DNA of 64,000 nucleotides, from assembly GCA_964016885.1 (NCBI GenBank), contig OZ024745.1, forward strand, positions 27,714,001 to 27,778,000, given 5' to 3'. Shown here one piece after another: positions 45,007-55,498 of the stretch. The translations under genes were made by a program, and so were the position numbers. Source of the stretch: Eledone cirrhosa (Eukaryota). Under the pieces are notes generated by a model, which saw only the letters and a program-made list of their open reading frames with translations, did not search any database and was not told where the DNA came from. How positions within the stretch are numbered: position 1 is the first letter of the stretch; every line of letters begins with the position of its first letter.

Positions 45007-48000
45007 ATGGATGTGTTAAGAGTAGGATGTTTGAATGCACGTGGCCTGGGCTCAACTTGGAAGCAAGCAAAGCTTCTAAATGACCTCAGGTCATGTGGTA
45101 TAAATGTAATGGTTATCTGTGAGACTCGAATCAGCGTCGTGCGGCAGCTGGCCCCTACCTTCGATGACTTTGAGGTGCATACATCTCTCTGTCAACCTGG
45201 AGGTGGGGGTGGGGTTGTCGTACTGCTGCAAAAACACCTGGGTCTTGCCGTACAGGTTGTGCACTCGGACCCGGAGGGTCGTTTGTTGGTGCTAGACGTT
45301 GGCAGTAGTGAAGGTGCGGCCTTGAGACTGGTCGCCGTCTACTCCCCTTTCGGAGCTGAACGGCCCGACTTCTTCCAGCGTTTGGAGACTTTTCTAGGAA
45401 CGTCGCGTTCCCTGCTTCTAGCGGGGGATTGGAATGACATCCTAGATGCACGTTGGGACTATGCAGGAAAATGTCCTAATAGAGGGGGGTGTAACAGCCT
45501 CAAGGGGTTACTCGACCGTTTTAACTTGGTCGATAGATATCGACTAGATTTTCCAACTGTGCCTACCTGGACTTGGAGAAACCACAGTGGTCAATCTAGA
45601 TCGTACTTAGATAGATTCTTAGTTAGAAGTAAGGATATGAACATATTAAGCTGTCCAGAAATGCGCACGGTTGGCTACACGGATCACAAATTAGTGACCT
45701 GCGTAGTCAATCTCGAGAAAACACATAAACAGGGTCCCGTTTACTGGAAACTTAATTTGTCTTTACCGGCAAAAGAGACTTACAGAAACCGGATTAGCAG
45801 ATTAGTTAAGGAGAGGTTGACGGGTGCAATCGTCAACAACCGATGGTGGGCATCTCTCAAAAGAGAGATTAGAACAGAATCAATAAGTTATAGCAAGATG
45901 TTAGCTGCCGATAGGAATAGAAACGAGAAAGAATTAACAGGTAAATTAGAAGAGGCAATCAAGAGCGAAGATGTGGCCAGAGTGCTGGCATCGAGGACGG
46001 CCTTGAACCAGTTTTTCGATGCAAAGCACGAAGGCTGCGTCATTCGAAGTAAAATACGTGCTCTAGGTAATGAGGGGGCCAAAGCCGTTGGCTGGGCCCG
46101 CGTGACAGAAGCTAAGAGTGGAAATCGATCCACCATCCGGTCGTTGCAAGACGAAGATGGACGGGTGATCCGGGAGCCTAAGCAGATGTGCGAGGCCTTT
46201 CAAAGGCACTTTGCCCGATTGTTCGGGGGAGGCGAGGATCCGGGCGGGGGCGTGGATTTCGATCCATACCTCGACGGCCTGCCGCGTCTCTCGAGCGAAG
46301 AGGCAGAGTCCTGCGAGGGACCAATCTCGGCTGATGAGATCGGAGATGCGCTGAGCCAATGCAGTAGACGCAAATCTCCAGGTCTCGATGGTATACCTTA
46401 CGAACTTTATTTAGCAATGCCGGTCTTCTTCTCCGAACTCCTCGAAGCGGTCTACTGCAATTGGCAGCAGAACGGGAGAATTCCTTGTTCTGTAGCCAAT
46501 GGCGTAGTCACGCTGGTGAGGAAGGACGAGAACAAGGGAGATAGTATAAATAATTTTCGGCCCATAACCCTGTTAAACACAGAGTTAAAGATTTTGGCCA
46601 AGGTGTTAGCAAAGAGGTTGGCGCTTGTCGTGGGTGGCCTGGTGGGAGATGCGCAGACATGTGCTATCCCATCCAGATCCATTCACGATAACCTCCACCT
46701 CATGCGATACATCATAGAGAGGGTTGGCAACAAACCCGGCTTCGGTGGGGCCCTGATCAACTTGGATCAGTCTAAGGCCTTCGATAGGGTCGACCATGGT
46801 TACCTGGATGCGGTGCTAGCGGCGGCTGGGTTCGGTCCTGTTTTCAGAGGCTGGATCACTGCCTTACATAGCAACCACATCTGTTCTAGGATCAAGGTGA
46901 ACGGCTACCTTTCGAAGCCGTTCGAAATCACACGATCCATTCGACAGGGGTGCCCTCTCTCCTCCCTTCTGTACGTATTGACTCTCGAGCCTTTACTTAG
47001 GAAGTTGGAGTTGTTGCAGGGTATCCCCCTGGAACCAGCATTGAGAAAAGTGGTGTCGGCCTACGCCGATGACGTAACAGTAATGGTATCGACCGACTCG
47101 GAGATCGAGGCGATCGGTACCTTACTGGAGGATTACGAAAGGTTGTCAGGAGCGAAACTGAACCGGGAAAAATCCATCGGGCTGCAACTCGGAACGTGGA
47201 GAGGCAGACCGATGCCTCCCGACGGTGTCGTCGGACACTGGACGGAGGGCCCGGTAAAGTTGCTTGGGGTCTGGTTTGGACCGGACCTCCAGGTGGAAAA
47301 GAACTGGAACGAGGTTACGAACAAGGTATTTGCACTAACCCAGAAATGGGCCAAGTGTAAGCTGTCCCTAAAAGGCCGGGCGGAGGTGGCGAACATTTAC
47401 ATAGCGTCCGTCACTTACTACCGCCTGACTGTCGTGCCTTGCCCTAAGGAAACACTCACCACCATGGAACGCATGCTCTTCCAATTTCTTTGGAAGAAGC
47501 GCCCTCCTATGGTGAGAAGATCCATCTGCTGCCAACAACCTTCGAAAGGAGGGCTGGGGATGCCGTGGTTGATGATGCGTAGGCACGCATTAAGGCTACG
47601 GCACCTACAGGTATTCCTCACTGGTCAACCGGTGTGGGCTCCGTTCGTGAAACGAGCCTTTCCGAGACTCGTCTCGCTCACCTAGCTACAGTCCTGGGTC
47701 AAGCAAAGATCCGGAAAACTGGGAGACTGGCACACTGAGTGTGCTCAGGCGCTCAGGGCTCTCTGGCAAGCGGGCCAGGCCATCGGTGGAGAATCCACCT
47801 CACCATTCTATAGAGGGCTGGTGGCTAGCAGGGGCGATGACACCCTTGGAGAGTCGCTGGACATGGAAGAAGACGAACTGGCCAGCCTGTTCGGTAGGAC
47901 TTTCGGCCCAGGACCAATGGACAACTTCCAGAAGTCACTAGCCTGGCAGTGCTACCGAGGGGCTCTACCCGTTCGAGAGAGGCTCTACAGACACGGGCGC

Positions 48001-48444
48001 CCGGGCAGAGATCCCTCAAAAAAGATTTGCCCTAGATGCGTGCGTCACGAAGAAACCGTTGCGCACGCATTGGTGCAATGTCCGGGCGTGGCTGATCTGT
48101 GGGGCTACGCCGAACAACTACTGTCGCGGGTGGCGCCGATTCAATTGACCGCTGAGTCCGTGATGACAATCAAACCGCCTCCCCTCTTCACAAAGGAAGC
48201 AAAGGCGGTTTTTCTGTGCGTAATAGCCATGTTGAAAGAGGTTGTTTGGTGGACACGATTGAAAGGTCTGAGGTCAGGCAACTTCCTCTCTGGCCATAGT
48301 CTGGTCTACTTCTTCCGATATCACTTCGGAAGAAGGATAAGAATGGAGAGAGAGGTGCTTGGCCACAGGCAGTTTTATGAAAGGTGGGTGATAGTGGCGA
48401 GAATGGATCGTGTAAATGGGCCTTCTCTGTATACCATCCTGTAG
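45007..48444 (+). pseudogene. ORF2 (APE endonuclease, RT, CCHC) with a single in-frame stop
   Basis: LNARGL, GDWN, YLDR, TDH; KSPGLDG, NFRPITLLN, DQSKAFDRV, RQGCPLS, YADD; TAG at 47683-47685 (GAG in copy 2); same frame continues to 48444. Confidence 0.93.
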
Positions 48445-48658
48445 GTAAAGAAGTAAAGGAGAGGGGAGCACCTTCTCCATGTGCTCCCCGGGCAAAGGAT
48501 TGCACACTTTTTCGGGGGTGTGTGCAACCCCCATCACGTCCCCTCCCTTTTGAGGTTATTTTCGATTATTTTCATTTTATACCCTTTTTACTCGATTGTA
48601 TGTAAACTCCCCCTTTGTATTTGTCCCTTCTTTTTATGCCTTTATGGTAAATAAAGAA

Positions 48659-48659
<1 letters not shown>

Positions 48660-48714
<55 letters not shown>

Positions 48715-48724
48715 CTCTCTCTAT
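48660..48724. repeat. (TCTA)n/(TC)n spacer between the LINEs
   Basis: Direct reading. Confidence 0.95.
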
Positions 48725-48943
48725 CACACGTGTGTCACTTCGCGGAGAAGTTTCCGTTAATTTATGTAAGAAAAAAACGTGAGTTTTTAGTTAAATTTTA
48801 TATCATTGTGTAACTGTACCACCCGTCTGGACCTTCAGGTGGTGGGTCAACTCATTTTCGCCCCTACAGGGGCGGAATATCCATTTAAAAAAATTTTCTC
48901 CATCGAATCTTGGAAAAAAATATTGTAAAATTTTGATTATGTT

Positions 48944-50835
48944 ATGAACGCTGCATCCAACGATAATGGTGGTGGAGAGGCGGTAAGACTACAAAGCTCG
49001 CAGTCAATAACGTCTTCTTCACTAGATACTATAGAGATGGAAAGACAAAATGAAAATAAAAAAACGAATTCATATCCAAACAACACAAATGACACCAAAC
49101 AGTTCAATGACAACAAAAATAACAGCAAAACCAATAATGATGATAAAAGCAACAATGATAACAACAACAAAGAAAAAAATAAAGACAACACCAGCATCAA
49201 AGACAACAACAACACCAAGGAAAATACGGATGATACCAACATCGGTGACAACAAGAATAACAACAAGAATAACAACAATAATGACAACACCACCAATACG
49301 GATTCCACAAAGAAACCAAAAATCTCCTTTGCAGAGAAAGTTCAAAAGAAAGAAGAATTGATATATCTCGACATAACAAATGCTGAACAACTTTTAAAGG
49401 ACGCTAAGAGATATGTCACTTTCGATAAAAATGGTGCTTTCAGCATCAATTCTCCGGTAGAAATTCGCAAGGAAACTGCTCTCAAAACGATAGTTTTTAG
49501 GACAGTTTCCAATTCTACCCGAAAACCAGTCCAATTGTCACAGAAAGAAATTGAACTGGTTTTCAAAAATTCAATGAATGATATTGCATTCATTCAAAGA
49601 AGCAAACTTTTTGGGAGTATTTCGGTATTCATGAAGGATCAATTGACGGCCCAAAATTACTCTGTGTCGCCAATTGTATCCAACCTGTACACCTTTTTCC
49701 CTACATACATGGGAAAAAGGACACAAAAGATCAGAATCACAAGTGTCACACCAAAGGTGAACATATGGTGGATACTGTGCGGCTTCATCAATTTTGATGA
49801 AGACAGAATACTGTCAGTAGGAAAGTCCCCCAGAGATGTATTCAATGGGACTAGCATTGAAGTTCTGGTGCAAATGAGCCCAGAGCGAATAGCGTGTACT
49901 CCTGGACGGACTCACCTACATAAACCTTTCGGTTGAGGGTAGGCGGCCTTCATGTTACCATTGCTTTAGCAGGGGTCACCTGAGGGCTTCCTGTCCTAAA
50001 CTAATGAACCAAAAAAAGGCTCTTCTGCCGACACCCATCAAAACAACACAACCACCAACACCACCACAACAACAACAACACCAACACACAAAAATAACCA
50101 CAACAAACACAGTCCCACCCAACCCCACTCCACCTAAAACCACTGCAAAATCACATACAGACAACAGCTCCCCAAGACATACCCCTCCCCAATCACACAG
50201 ACGATACAACAGATGAGGCTATCTCGCCATCACCCAGTGAAGACGAGGGAGAACCCCATCGCTCGAAAAGAAAGAAAAGACATCACAAAAGCAAAAAACC
50301 AGCAAATACTACCACAAACATACAACCACCAACACAAACAACAAAAATATCACAAACAAAACCCCCACCTCCTGAAAACAAAATACCTGCAACAAAACGA
50401 AAGCACACACAAGAACTACAGACAAAAACAAACACAACACAAGAAAATTACACTTACACTTACATAAACACTGAAAACAAAACACTAATAGAGACCATCA
50501 CGAACGACCCTTCGGTTTTCACCGAAGGGAAAACTTTCGCCCACTCTATTAAAAATAGCAAAAAACTGAACCTAAAACTGATTAGGGTCCCTATACAAAC
50601 TTATAGGTCCCTAAAAGAAACATTTGAGAAGGATGTGGGGAATTCCTGCGTGAAACCACTCAACCGCGTCCTTCTCAAATGCCTCCCCACCCCAGACACC
50701 CCCATCCCACCAGACCCCACCCCACCAAACATCTGCATCCCCACCCCGCCGGAAACCACCACCCATCCAGACAACCCCTCCAACACCCCCATGGAAATCG
50801 TGCGGCCTGGTCTCCAGGAGGCGAAGGGTGAGTGA
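48944..50835 (+). pseudogene. ORF1, frameshifted
   Basis: Asn-rich N-terminus; IVFRT and YMGKRTQKI blocks shared with copy 1; CYHCFSRGHLRASC at ~49950; KPLNRVLLK near the end. Confidence 0.85.
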
Positions 50836-50868
50836 TCTCTTTTCCTCTTTTAACTTTTCAGCACCAAC

Positions 50869-53800
50869 ATGGCCAATATAAGAGTTGGATGTGTGAACGT
50901 ACGCGGCCTGGGGATGCCCTGGAAACAGGGCAAACTCTTAAACGACCTCAGGTCGCACAGTATGGATGTGGTAGCCATTTGCGAGTCCAGGATCCACGGC
51001 GAGCGACAGCTGGCCCCCATCTTCGATGACTTTGAGATCTACGCATCTCTCTGTCAACCGGGGGGTGGGGGCGGAGTTGCCGTTTTGCTGCGGAAACACC
51101 TGGGCCTCGTAACACAGACAGTACATCTGGACCCGGAGGGTCTACTGGTGGTCCTAGACGTTGACGGTAGTGAAGGTGGAGCCTTCAGGCTGGTGGCCGC
51201 ATATGCCCCATCCGGGACACCACGGCCAGACTTCTTCAAACGTCTAGAGACTTTTCTGGGAACGTTCCGCTCCTTGCTTTTAGTGGGGGGCTGGAATGGA
51301 ATCCTAGATGCACGTTGGGACTATGTGGGAGCATGTCCTGATAAAGGGGGGTGTAACAGCCTCAAACAGTTAATCGACCGATTTGACCTGGCCGATAGAT
51401 ATCGACTAGATTTTCCGACTGCGCCACTGTGGACGTGGAGTAATCGTAGCGGAACATCTAGATCGTACCTAGATAGGGTTCTAGTTAGAAATAAGGATAG
51501 GGACATGTTAAGCTGTCCACAAATGTTCATGGTTGCCTATTCAGATCACAAACTAGTGACATGCATGGCCAACCTTGATAGAACCCACAGACAAGGACCC
51601 GGCTACTGGAAGCTGAACTTGTCGTTACCGACAAGCAAAGCCTACAGTAGACGGATTAGCACTTTAGTTAAACAGCACTTGACAGGGGCCATTGTCAACA
51701 ACAGATGGTGGTACTCTCTCAAGAGGGCAGTTAGATTAGACTCGATAGTTTTTAGTAAAGAATTAGCGTTAGATAGAAATAGAACCGAGAAGGAACTGGT
51801 AGATAAAGTAGAAGAGGCAATTAGAAGTGGCAACGTAGCCAGCGTGCTAGCAATGAGAACGGCCTTGGACCAGTTCTTCGACGCAAAGCACGAAGGCTGC
51901 GTTGTCAGAAGCAAAATACGTGCTCTGGGAATCGAGGGAGCCAAAGCTGTTAGCTGGGCCCGAGTGACGGAGGCAAAAAGTGGGAACAAGTCCACGATTC
52001 GGTCTTTGAAGGACCAAAACGGACGCGTGATACGTGAGCCGAAGCAGATGTGTGCGGCTTTTCAGCGGCACTTTGCTCGGCTGTTCGGGGGGAGCGGCGC
52101 GCCGGGAGAGGCTATGGATTTCGGTCCATACCTCGACGGCCTACCGCGACTCTCGGACAGCGAGGCAAAGTTCTGCGAAAAGCCGATTTCAGCCACTGAG
52201 ATAGGGGATGCGCTGAGCCAATGCGGCAAACGCAAATCTCCAGGTCTCGACGGTCTACCCTACGAATTTTACGTAGCAATGCCGGACTTATTCTCCGGTC
52301 TCCTGGAAGCGGTCTACTGCAACTGGCAACAGAACGGGAGAATTCCCAGTTCTGTAACCGGGGGCGTGGTCACACTAATCAGGAAGGACGAGAATAAGGG
52401 GGATGACATAGGTAACTTCCGGCCCATAACTCTGCTAAACACAGAGTTACAGATTTTGGCCAAGGTGTTGGCAAAGAGGCTGGCGCTTGTCGTCGAGAAC
52501 CTGGTGGGAGAAGCGCAGACATGCGCAATCCCGACCAGGTCCATACACGACAACCTCCACCTCATGCGATACATCATAGAGAGGGTAGGGTGTAAACCCG
52601 GCTTCGGTGGGGTCCTGATCAACTTGGATCAGTCTAAGGCTTTCGACAGGGTTGACCATCGTTACCTGGATGCGGTGCTCGAGGCGGCAGGCTTCGGACC
52701 CGTGTTCAGGGGCTGGATTGCTGCAATGCACAACAGCAACATCTGCTCGAGGGTCAAGGTGAACGGCTACCTCTCGGAGCCGTTCCATATTACGCGATCC
52801 ATTCGACAGGGATGCCCTCTCTCCTCCCTTCTGTACGTACTGACTCTCGAGCCACTACTGCGGAAGCTGGAGCTATTGCAGGGCATCCCTCTGGAACCGG
52901 GACTGCGGAAAGCGGCGTCGGCCTACGCCGACGACGTGACAGTAATGGTATCGAGCGCCTCGCAAATCGAGGAAGTCGGCATCTTACTGAAGGAATACGA
53001 AAGTGTCACAGGAGCGAAGCTGAACCGGGACAAGTCCATCGGTTTGCAACTCGGATCGTGGAGAGGCAGACCGATGCCTTCCGATGGCGTCGTCGGACGT
53101 TGGACGGAAGGACCGGTAAAGCTGCTCGGGATCTGGTTTGGTCCAGACCTCCAGGTGGAGAAGAACTGGAACGAAGTGACGGCCAAGGTGTTTGCACTCA
53201 CCCAGAAGTGGGCCGAGTGCAAACTATCCTTGAAAGGTCGAGCGGAGGTGGCCAACACTTTTATAGCGTCCGCCATCTACTACCGCTTGACCGTCGTGCC
53301 TTGTCCAGCCAAAACGCTCGCCAAAATGGAGCGCGCGCTCTTCCGATTCCTTTGGAAGAGGCGGGCTCCTTTGGTGAGAAGATCCATCTGCTGCCAACAC
53401 CCTTCTAACGGAGGGCTGGGGATGCCATGGTTGACGATGCGCAAACACGCGCTCAGGCTGCGGCATCTCAACGTATTTCTCACCGGACAACCGGTGTGGG
53501 CCCCGTTCGTGAGGCGAGCCTTCCCACGACTCGTCTCGCTGACCGAGCTGCAGTCCTGGGTCAAGCAAAGACCGAGGAAAATGGGCGACTGGCACATCGA
53601 ATGTGCTCAGGCGCTCACAGCCCTCTGGCAGGCGGACCTGGCGATCAGTGGAGACTCCACTTCGTCATTCTATAGAGGGTTGGTCCGCAGCAAGTGCGAC
53701 GACGCGCTCGGTGAAACTCTAGGCGTAGAGGAAGATGAACTGGCCAGTCTGTTCGGTAGGACCTTCCGCCCGGGACCGATGGACAACTTCCAAAAGTCCC

Positions 53801-54306
53801 TGGCCTGGCAGTGCTACCGAGGAGCTCTACCAGTTCGAGACAAGCTCTACAGACATGGGCGCCCGGGCAGGGACCCTGCAAAAAAGATCTGTCCGAGGTG
53901 CGTGCGAGACGAAGAAACCGTCGCGCACGCATTCATACACTTCCCGGGCGTCACTGACCTGTGGGGCTATGTAGAACGACTATTGTCGCAGGTGGGACTA
54001 ATCCAGTTGACCACCGAGTTCATTGTCATGATCAAACCGCCACCCTCCTTCAAAAACGAAGGAGAGGCGGTTTTCCTTTGTGTGATAGCTATGGCGAAAG
54101 AGGTTGTATGGTGGACAAGGTTGAAAGGGCTGAGGTCAGACACCTTTCTCTCCGGCCAACAACTGATTCTTTTTTTCAAATACCACTTTGGAAGAAGAAT
54201 CAGGATGGAGAGAGAGGTGCTGTACCCCAGCAAGTTTTATGAAAGGTGGGTGAAAGTGGCGAGAATGGCCCGAGTGAATGGGCCTTCTCTCTATATCAGC
54301 CTGTAG
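50869..54306 (+). CDS. ORF2, APE endonuclease-reverse transcriptase, 1145 aa, open
   Basis: RT motifs intact (YADD, RQGCPLS); endonuclease GDWN reads GGWN; last Cys of the C-terminal CCHC reads Phe. Confidence 0.93.
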   Translation: MANIRVGCVNVRGLGMPWKQGKLLNDLRSHSMDVVAICESRIHGERQLAPIFDDFEIYASLCQPGGGGGVAVLLRKHLGLVTQTVHLDPEGLLVVLDVDGSEGGAFRLVAAYAPSGTPRPDFFKRLETFLGTFRSLLLVGGWNGILDARWDYVGACPDKGGCNSLKQLIDRFDLADRYRLDFPTAPLWTWSNRSGTSRSYLDRVLVRNKDRDMLSCPQMFMVAYSDHKLVTCMANLDRTHRQGPGYWKLNLSLPTSKAYSRRISTLVKQHLTGAIVNNRWWYSLKRAVRLDSIVFSKELALDRNRTEKELVDKVEEAIRSGNVASVLAMRTALDQFFDAKHEGCVVRSKIRALGIEGAKAVSWARVTEAKSGNKSTIRSLKDQNGRVIREPKQMCAAFQRHFARLFGGSGAPGEAMDFGPYLDGLPRLSDSEAKFCEKPISATEIGDALSQCGKRKSPGLDGLPYEFYVAMPDLFSGLLEAVYCNWQQNGRIPSSVTGGVVTLIRKDENKGDDIGNFRPITLLNTELQILAKVLAKRLALVVENLVGEAQTCAIPTRSIHDNLHLMRYIIERVGCKPGFGGVLINLDQSKAFDRVDHRYLDAVLEAAGFGPVFRGWIAAMHNSNICSRVKVNGYLSEPFHITRSIRQGCPLSSLLYVLTLEPLLRKLELLQGIPLEPGLRKAASAYADDVTVMVSSASQIEEVGILLKEYESVTGAKLNRDKSIGLQLGSWRGRPMPSDGVVGRWTEGPVKLLGIWFGPDLQVEKNWNEVTAKVFALTQKWAECKLSLKGRAEVANTFIASAIYYRLTVVPCPAKTLAKMERALFRFLWKRRAPLVRRSICCQHPSNGGLGMPWLTMRKHALRLRHLNVFLTGQPVWAPFVRRAFPRLVSLTELQSWVKQRPRKMGDWHIECAQALTALWQADLAISGDSTSSFYRGLVRSKCDDALGETLGVEEDELASLFGRTFRPGPMDNFQKSLAWQCYRGALPVRDKLYRHGRPGRDPAKKICPRCVRDEETVAHAFIHFPGVTDLWGYVERLLSQVGLIQLTTEFIVMIKPPPSFKNEGEAVFLCVIAMAKEVVWWTRLKGLRSDTFLSGQQLILFFKYHFGRRIRMEREVLYPSKFYERWVKVARMARVNGPSLYISL

Positions 54307-54599
54307 GTTGAGGAAAAGGAGGAGGAGAGGAAAGGAGTACAAACTCTTCGTACTCCTGGAGATGAGGGTTGCACATTTTTTTTCGGGGGTATGTGTTACC
54401 CATATAAACTGTCTCCCTCTATTGGGGAAAATCGACTAACTTTTTAAATTCCATTTGTGATAACATTTTACTCGTTTTTATTGTATGTAAACTTCCCCCT
54501 TTGTATTTGTCCCCTTCTTTTGTGCCCCTGTGGCTAATAAAGAAATATATCTATCTATCCCTCCCTCCCTCTCTCTCTCTCTATATATATATATATTAT

Positions 54600-54777
54600 A
54601 TGTGGGTTTGCAGAATCGGTAGAGGGTTGGACATGCTTTCCAGCATAGTTACGTCCATTTACGATCTGAGTTCAAATCCCGCCGAGGTTAACTTTGCCTT
54701 TCATCCTTACGAGGTCGATAAAATAAAGTACCAGTAATGTACTGGGTAATTGCTGGCCTTGTGGCGAAAGTAGAAAC

Positions 54778-54782
<5 letters not shown>
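54600..54782 (+). mobile_element. SINE family 1
   Basis: B box, core and 3' end. Confidence 0.85.
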
Positions 54783-54857
<75 letters not shown>

Positions 54858-54939
54858 AACTTAGAAGCTTCATCCATCATAACTATAGACAAATAGTCTA
54901 AGTAATGGAGCACATAAACCCCCTTAACGGAAAAAATGG

Positions 54940-55232
54940 TCATGGCACCTGGTTGGAATCCACAGCGGGTCACCTTCGGCAAATGTCATCTTCTATTGTC
55001 TTCGGAAAAATCAGTAGTTGTTGAATAGTATTTTGGTTGAATGAAACAGTGCGGAAGCCCGGCATTTACCCACATATATACACACACACGTACATACACA
55101 CATACTATGTTTCTGTTTCTGTTTATGTAACAAGTACCCAGGCCGATAGGATCACATACAAGCCGTTAACAAGGTGCACCAGTATGGCCGTAGGCCAATG
55201 ACTGAATCCAATAGAAGAATCTAAGAATAAAA
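54940..55232 (+). mobile_element. Old CORE-like SINE fragments
   Basis: GTTGGAATCC..CACCTTCGGCAAATGTC core and GGTGCACCAGTATGGCCG..ATGACTGAA tail; family recognised from memory only. Confidence 0.45.
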
Positions 55233-55270
55233 GAGTACCTAAACAATGTATCTGCATTATAGTGTATAAT

Positions 55271-55498
55271 TTAACCCTTTATCATTTACATTACTCTATA
55301 TTACTATTATATTTTCACGATAAAGGCTTTATCTCACATGATTATCTCACATAATATCGAATCTATGAGATTTTGATATTATTTATTTTGAGATCAATGC
55401 CTTAACATCAGTATAAGCAGCCCGTTACAGCCGGGTTGAACAAAAAGAGGTGAGATAATTCTGGCCGGTTACGGCCTGTTTAAATGCTAAAGGATTTA
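55271..55498. mobile_element. Possible piggyBac-type (TTAA) MITE
   Basis: TTAACCCTTTATCATTTA ... TAAATGCTAAAGGATTTA imperfect TIRs. Confidence 0.45.

Larger units (their letters stand above)
42879..48659 (+). mobile_element. Full-length L1/Tx1-clade non-LTR retrotransposon, copy 1
   Basis: 5' TCACTTCGCG.AGAAGTTT shared with copy 2; ORF1 and ORF2; 3' AATAAAGAAA abuts (TCTA)n. Confidence 0.92.
48735..54545 (+). mobile_element. Full-length L1/Tx1-clade non-LTR retrotransposon, copy 2 (different subfamily)
   Basis: Same architecture as copy 1; 3' AATAAAGAAA followed by TATATCTATCTATC. Confidence 0.92.

Noticed and set aside
45155-54342. Alternative-frame and antisense ORFs within the LINEs, e.g. 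52812-53408
   Set aside because: Expected shadows of GC-rich ORF2; no evidence of conservation as proteins between the two copies
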